NCBI GenBank assembly: GCA_009103225.1
Contig: RHPI01003788.1
Span: forward strand, 1-64,000
Source: Chlorokybus atmophyticus
Taxonomy: Eukaryota; Plantae; Mesostigma and Chlorokybus algae
Length of the DNA stretch: 64,000 nt
Direction of reading: 5' to 3'
The notes below the pieces were generated by a model. That model saw nothing but the letters and a program-made list of their open reading frames with translations. It ran no database searches and was not told the origin of the DNA. Below are positions 59,824-64,000 of this stretch, one piece after another. The stretch's first letter is position 1; the number at the start of each line of letters is the position of its first letter. A program made the translations under genes and the position numbers.

Positions 59824-62800
59824 AAAGTTGCATATCGGCTTTCTGCCAAGTAGAGCCTCAGCCAAGCCGCAGCTGCAGTTTAGCTGAAGTGGTAGGTTGG
59901 GTGAAGCTCTACTTGCTTTGCTGTATTTTGTACGCTTCGGTCTGCAGCTTCAGTCAAGCAACAGCGTTAGCCAAGCCGCAATTGCAACATAGCTGAAGCT
60001 GCAGCTTGGCTGAAGCTCTGCTTGCTTTGCTCTCTTTTGCAAGTGCCATGCGCTGACTGTTGGCCTTGTGCACAGGAGCTGTTGATAAACTTAACTGCGA
60101 AGAGGAGTCAGAGGCAGTCAAGAAGGCAAAGCTGGAGGAAAAGTGCTTTGCCCCTGTCGCTGACAAGCCTAGGGGACTAGAGCAAAATGGGCAAGCTTAC
60201 TTGAAGAAGAAGGACGAGACACAGTGGAGAATACAGGAGGACAACCGCAAGCTTCTAAAGGAGAAGATGTGGGCCAAGTTCCCAGACCACTCCGTGTTGA
60301 CAGGAGCTATAATCGGGCCGGCCCAGATAATGACATGAGGAGGAGGTGGTGGCGGATGTAATGCAGAAGCACACTCCGCTGGAGATCAACGGACAGACAT
60401 TGCGCTGGCCTGCAAGTAAGTAGTCTGCGTCTGCCTATGTGCATGAGCGTCTATATACCAGCTTCCACCTGCCAGATGCCTTGTGCTTCCTGCAGAATGG
60501 CTGCTCACTGCCTCTTGTTTGCAGGATGGATTCGTTAGCAAATCCGCCGGTTTGTGGATATTGCAAGACGGGGCTATCCATTAACGCCAGGCGAAACGGT
60601 AGGCTTGACCCGTAAGCAGCGCAAGGAGAAGATGCGCGCTGCACGCGCTGAGAAGTGCGCTGACGCAGAGGAGCCAGCTCCACGCCGCTCGCGCACAGAC
60701 TACGGGCTTGGCCCACATTTCACCGTTGCAGACTTTCCCTCCAGCCAAAATGCTGTGCTGCTTGCCTTGTTGACTGCTGAGCCGCCTTCTCAAGCGCAGC
60801 TGCGTGAGGACTGGGTGGCTTTCAGGTACGCCATTTATCCTCTTGCACAAGGCTTTGCACCCGCACTCGTAAGGAATTCAAATGCGGCTGGTGCTGCAGA
60901 CCCGCAGGAGATGCTACAAGCACCAGCGGCAGCAGCAGCCGCAGGGTTGTGGCTGTTGGGCGCGGTCAAGTACTGGAGGTGCTTGAGCAAGAGACTCCTT
61001 GGCGCAGCTACAAAGTGAAGGTGCTGGAGTGGTACAACGCCAAGGGTATCGGTGATCAACGCGTCTACATGCCAGTACGTGACACGGACGGGTATGCTGG
61101 CCAGCTGACCGGGGACGAGCACTTGTGCAGCAATATCTTGGTGAGCGTAGTAGAGCGTGTGCTGCGGCACAGCACATTGCAAGCGTAACTGCAAGGAAGA
61201 CTATATGCGTGACATGCACTAATGCGGCTGCTTGAGTGATGCAGGGACGCAGTTGTGCTTGGCCTGCATCCTTGGTAGCCCCGTCTGCAGTCTGCCCTTG
61301 CTCAGACTGCTCTTCAGGCGACTGCATTGCAGAGTCACCCCTAGATGCGTTCGCGCGCTCGTGGTTGACAAGCGCGTGCAGCCAGAAGACCAGCATGACA
61401 TCAATCAGAGGGTAAGAACATTGCAATGGGTTGTAACGTGTGCAGCATGCTTGCATGATGCACACTTGTAACAATTCTTGCTTGCAGATCAATCATTGCT
61501 TTGACCACCTCCAGCACTTGGCTGGCATCTGCAGCAATACCTTTTGCGCCAATGTTCCCAACCGCGAGAGCTTGCTAGAGGTGTACACTTCCTGGAGGGG
61601 GACATACGGAATGTAGATTGGGAGGCTGCCGAAGGAGGACCATCTGCTTGCAAAGTTCACTGACTCGCAGATCGGTCTCATGCTTGTTACATTTGCAGTC
61701 AACAAGCGCTGGCTGGTACAGGAAGACTCTGGAGAAGCACGCTATGGCTGGCACTGGAATAGTCAAGCCAAGCGACAACCCGGTCCATAATTGGGTACCA
61801 AGCTGAAGACCTTCGCTCATCTTTCTTGCAGCAACCAGTCTAGCTTCCATGCAGCTTCCTTGCAGCCGCCAGTCTAGCTTCCTGCTAAAAGTCTGACATC
61901 TTGCTAGCAGTTTAGCTTGCTACCAGCAGTTTAGCTTCCTGGTAGCAGTTAGCTTCTTGCAAACAATTGGAGCCTATTCTAGTACTAGTTAAGAGTACAT
62001 GGTACAATGTAAACTCCATATGAGGTTAAGATTTCTTTGCCAGGAAAACTGCCTGCAATTTGCCTGCATATGCCTGCTATATTGTGCTGCTAATTGTGGA
62101 ATAGAGATGGCTGGGCCGTTATTGGCATGACTGCTGGTCCATCGAGGTCGACACACCAGGAGCTGTGCCGTCAACGGCACGACTGCTGCTGCTGCTGTGC
62201 CGAAGTCGGCAGAAGTGCTGCTGTGCCGACGACGGTGGGGTCGCAGCTGTGCCAAAGACGGCAGAAGCGCTGCTGTGCCGAAGACGTTAGAAGTACTGAT
62301 GTGCCGAGGTCGGCCCAACGCAGTTTGCCCCGTCAGCGGCAGTAACCAGCTTGTGCCGGCTGACAGATGGTGACTTACGATCCTCTGCCGGCACAAAGCG
62401 ACTTGTGCCGTCTTGGGAGAAGAACTGCTCGCAGAACTCGAAGGCAGGTGCCGCTGACGGCACAATTGGCTTGTGCTGAGAACGGATTCTGCTGCAGGCG
62501 CCGTGTGTAAGTGGCGTGCACACTGCAACCCTTGGCCATGATGACAACTAGTTAAAGCCAGAACTTGCACAACTGCATTAGCTACCCGAGTAGGCATAGG
62601 AACTTGTAACCAAGCCTTTGCCTCCACACCGTGTTGCCTTCACACCCTATCCGCTCATCACCAATGTGTAATTAAATTACATGCGTGCAATGCAATTCCA
62701 GCCCTCAACACTTGCAATGCAACGCCACTAACACATTGACGCAATACAACAACACCTAGCGCCGTCCCCAACACTTGTGATCACAAAGATTAAAAAGCTA

Positions 62801-63356
62801 GCGCGCATAACATTAAGTGGTGGCTGAACTTAAGTTATACAATTGTTCGTTAATTGTGCCACAAATTAGCAAGAAGTTGTATCAATGAGACATTAATAAG
62901 TTATAATAAATCCCATGTTAAAAGCTGCAACCGCCTATAAAATATATAATTATGGCAAACTATGAACATGTAGTAGCCAGTAATGTATTAATGTTTGAAA
63001 CTCAAATTTCCCGCTACACTAGTCCAAACGCGACGTGATTTAAATTGGACGGTGGTTATAGGCCTCATCTAACCGTCCCTAGCCACCCACCGCAATCCTA
63101 GCACCCTAGCCACAGTGACGGCTAAAAAACCTCAATCGCCGAACTTAGGGCATTTTACCCTACACGGTACTACCTCCACGACCGCCGTCACCAGCCGGCT
63201 TGTCCGTGGCACCCACCACGCGTTTTGGCCTGTCTGTTGCGCGCGATGCACGTGATTGCGTGCAGCGTGACACGTTACCGGCTGACGCGGCGGCCGTCCA
63301 GCGGGTAACGCGTCACTCTCGTCACTTAGATGTAACACAGCCTTCACGGAGTACTA

Positions 63357-64000
63357 CAGTCTACCCTCGATGTAGTGACCACGGATATTTTGGGCCGTTT
63401 TGTCACTACACAGAGGTGTCATTTCTTCGATGTAGAGACCAGCAGCCACTGGAACGTAAGTATACTATGTAGTGACAGTTGGTCGTTATAGCGAGGTTTG
63501 AGCCAACTGCTGGGTTGTGCTCTATGTAGTGACAACTGGTCACTGCAGCGAGATAAGTTGATGGTGTTGCTTGCAATCAAGTCATGTCCAAATGCAAACA
63601 TGCATGAACATAAAGGGCTTTATATGTGATGCCTCAACTCAAGCTCTATATTAATACTTAACAACAATACACCCCTCTAACCACCAAATGAACCAAATGT
63701 TCGTTTGCCTCGCGCGTGTTGACGGCCGATGCGCGAACGTCTTGGCAATGATGCGCTGCATGTCTCAAGCATCACGTGGTGTGAATGTGTATGCATTATC
63801 ATCAATGAAAACTTGTAGACGGCTAGCTATCACACGAGCTTCTTGTAGCAGAAACGCACGGTGGGGGAATGTTGTCAACATCAATGTCGTCGAGATCCTC
63901 TTCCTCCATCGTGGTTGAGTCGGGCTCTGTCACCAGCTCCACCAGCTCCTCCACACTCAACTCCGCCTTAACTTCATCTTCTTCCACCAAGTTGACATAC
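63357..64000 (-). mobile_element. 3' end of another Tigger-like element (TIR plus acidic transposase C-terminus), continuing beyond the window
   Basis: TA|CAGTCTACCCTCGATGTAGTGAC terminus with internal TGTAGTGAC copies. Minus-strand VNLVEEDEVKAELSVEELVELVTEPDSTTMEEEDLDDIDVDN at 64000-63870. Confidence 0.65.

Larger units (their letters stand above)
56418..62507 (+). mobile_element. Non-autonomous deletion derivative of the 27171-38110 CACTA element
   Basis: Same TIRs, TSD TAA. Jumps from the equivalent of ~28354 to ~33937 at ~57632-57640. Retains the SAM/Tnp1-like gene region except its start. Confidence 0.93.

Overview
Eukaryotic, GC-balanced, intron-containing DNA with several N gaps. TTAGGG-type interstitial telomere repeats, GTGAG/GTGCG...TGCAG introns and the TE mix suggest a green alga; this is inference only. 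No intact host gene is evident. The window is a nested transposon cluster. Left to right: a decayed multi-exon DUF6729-like gene, a hAT transposase relic, a copia-type gag relic, and ends of a CACAC-terminated DNA transposon family. Next is a minus-strand Ty3/gypsy relic split by a 5'-truncated L1/Tx1-like LINE (16-bp TSD), then a PAT-like tyrosine-recombinase retrotransposon with split direct repeats (16092-23828). A Tigger/pogo element (26179-48071) has its transposase interrupted by a 10.9-kb three-gene CACTA/EnSpm-like element (27171-38110, TTG TSD) and by a full-length chromovirus (39691-47604), which carries a solo LTR in its integrase. Further right are a MITE, a second pogo transposase relic, a 6.1-kb deletion derivative of the CACTA element (56418-62507, TAA TSD) with two solo LTRs and an organellar tRNA-Pro/group II intron fragment, and the end of a third Tigger-like element. 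Most notable: a Dam-like adenine-methyltransferase-like domain between gag and protease of the chromovirus, the three-gene CACTA with telomere repeats between divergent genes, two telomeric tracts sharing an ACCAGGA leader, the tRNA-Pro/intron fragment, and a 64-bp inversion between sister LTRs. All domain names come from motif recognition by eye, not from database searches.
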